64,000 nucleotides of DNA, taken from Octopus sinensis. Its lineage: Eukaryota. Made by a program: the position numbers and the translations under genes. Of this stretch, positions 62,216 through 64,000 are shown piece after piece. How positions within the stretch are numbered: the first letter of the stretch is position 1; each line of letters starts with the position of its first letter. The stretch is taken from NCBI RefSeq assembly GCF_006345805.1, contig NC_043010.1, positions 44,082,001 through 44,146,000 on the forward strand. Direction: 5' to 3'. A model generated the notes under the pieces. It was not told the origin of the DNA. It made no database searches and saw only the letters and a program-made list of their open reading frames with translations.

Positions 62216-63284
62216 GTAGGTGCAAAGCCAAAGAATTTGAAGTAAAGCATTATCTAGATGTTAACTCCATGATGATGGTTTTTTATCAGACAACTAGGTT
62301 GCACTGATGGTAATTATCTCAACCGAGATCAGCAATTAGTGCACGACAACGGTTTGGCATATATTTATGTCATGCACTGTTTATTTATATAAACTGCCAT
62401 CACTGTGAGGACTGTAAATTAAACGAAGGACCAGAAGAATTTGCTGAATGTGTATGAATTTGATAGGATGTCATAGTGGAAATGGTGTAACTGCCAAATC
62501 TGCTGCTTTTATACTATTATGGTGATGATGTCTCAAACTGAGTTGGAAATATTTAGATGAAGAGTCTAACAAACCTATTAGATTATTTGAAATTTGCATG
62601 GTGGCTTCTATTATCGATTCTGTGAGTGATAGCAGATATTTATATCAACTGGTACACAAGCAGGTGCAAAAACCATAGCAGATAGGGTTGCGTATATTTT
62701 TGTCATCTCATTCAAAGTGAGAACACAGTGCACGTAAATTTACATCAACTGATGTAATGGGGTTAAGTAACATATTGAATATTAGCTGGATTGGAAATGT
62801 CTTTTTGTATTGCAAATAAACAAGGAAACTGTGATCAAACAAGGCTATAGAAGTTGCTTGTTTCTTTTTTTTCTTTTATAATGCCACTTGAAAGAATTTA
62901 ATGATTCAATATGTGCCATGTGTGATATGGCATATACTGAAGAGCTAAAGCATTTCTAGTTAGGCTCAAAGTTCAGAAGGTCAGACCAGAACCGTTTTCA
63001 AATGGCCATAAGATAATATGCAAAATTCCTAATGAAATGATTAAAACTGAAGTTCAGCTGTTTTTCCTCCCACATTTGGTTCTTGTTTATCTTGAGCACA
63101 TTTCATTGACCTTAGAAGACAGGGTTAACCTTTAGACTGTTTTTATGTTCTATGATTTGCCATAGAAATAAATTTCTAAATCTGTATCTGACATCAACCA
63201 ATTTGTGTAAAAATTATTGCTTTAAAAATATTCTGTTTACTTGTTTTATGATTACTTAAAAATTTGTGTTTGTTTCCATTGCAG

Positions 63285-63399
63285 CCTGTCTTAGTTAGAA
63301 ATTGGGAATTACATGTACAATTCAAAGTACACGGAGCCGGTCGAACACTTTATGGAGATGGTTTTAGCATATGGTACACCAGAGATCGCATGGAACTTG
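63285..63399 (+). CDS. LMAN2: VIP36-like lectin exon 3 (gene continues beyond window)
   Basis: ttgcAG; PVLVRNWELHVQFKVHGAGRTLYGDGFSIWYTRDRMEL-G|GTTAG; contains the GDG sugar-binding motif of L-type lectins. Confidence 0.9.
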
Positions 63400-64000
63400 G
63401 TTAGTTTATATTTTGGATTATTTGAATTGACTGACGTCTATAGATTTAATGTTTACTTTTGGGGTTTTGATTAGGATCATGATGCTACATCACACATCTA
63501 TTCAACTCAAATCAGCATTGGAAACTATTAAAACGTTGATTACCAATGATGACATGTATTACTCAGCTTCTCTATATTTTTCTATTTGTAAAACAGCCTT
63601 CTCAGAATTACTTTTCACTGTATTCTCTTTTTTCTTTCATTCTGATCTATATCAGAAAATATATCCATCTTTCTACTTTACATTGAGTTTGCTCTCTCAT
63701 ATTTGGAATGGGTAGAATAACAACTGTTTTCTTCCAAGCTTTATAATATTCTTGTTTCTGAACTCTCATCATTTGATGGGCCTACTATCACTTTTGCTTT
63801 CGTTTTTTTTTTTTTTTTAATCTCTCAACTATCATGTACTTGCAGATATTTTTAAACTGAATACTTTGTCTATTTTCATTACATACCCAAAGTTAATTTG
63901 GTCAGCTGTAGCTCTACTTGTGAAATACATCTAAAAGTCATTTTTATGTATTAAATATAATTATTGATTTTACTGGTTTCATTCATTGGGCTATATTCAT

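Overview
AT-rich, intron- and repeat-rich animal genomic DNA. The SINE families and (TA)n/(CA)n/(TACA)n microsatellites look like those of Octopus (coleoid cephalopod); this is an inference. Three spliced genes can be read by hand. (1) The last coding exon of TMEM230 (+, 2132-2269). (2) A complete 13-exon ABCB10-type mitochondrial ABC half-transporter (-, 33440 to 8631; 2196 nt, 731 aa, all introns GT-AG with consistent phases). (3) The first three exons of an LMAN2/LMAN2L (VIP36-like) L-type lectin (+, from 48640), divergent from ABCB10. The rest is mostly transposon debris: hAT, pogo, Tc1/mariner and piggyBac elements, Helitron pieces, R4/Dong-like, Tx1/L1 and RTE LINE remnants, a gypsy gag/LTR remnant and three SINE families. 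The most interesting non-obvious signals are five small hammerhead-ribozyme-like motifs of the Penelope type (one sense in ABCB10 intron 2, one just upstream of LMAN2), three long near-perfect fold-back palindromes (one inside an ABCB10 intron) and short templated duplications. I see no evidence of a wholly new protein-coding system. Most ORF-track entries are spurious or repeat-derived. Repeat boundaries are approximate; exon boundaries were read base by base.
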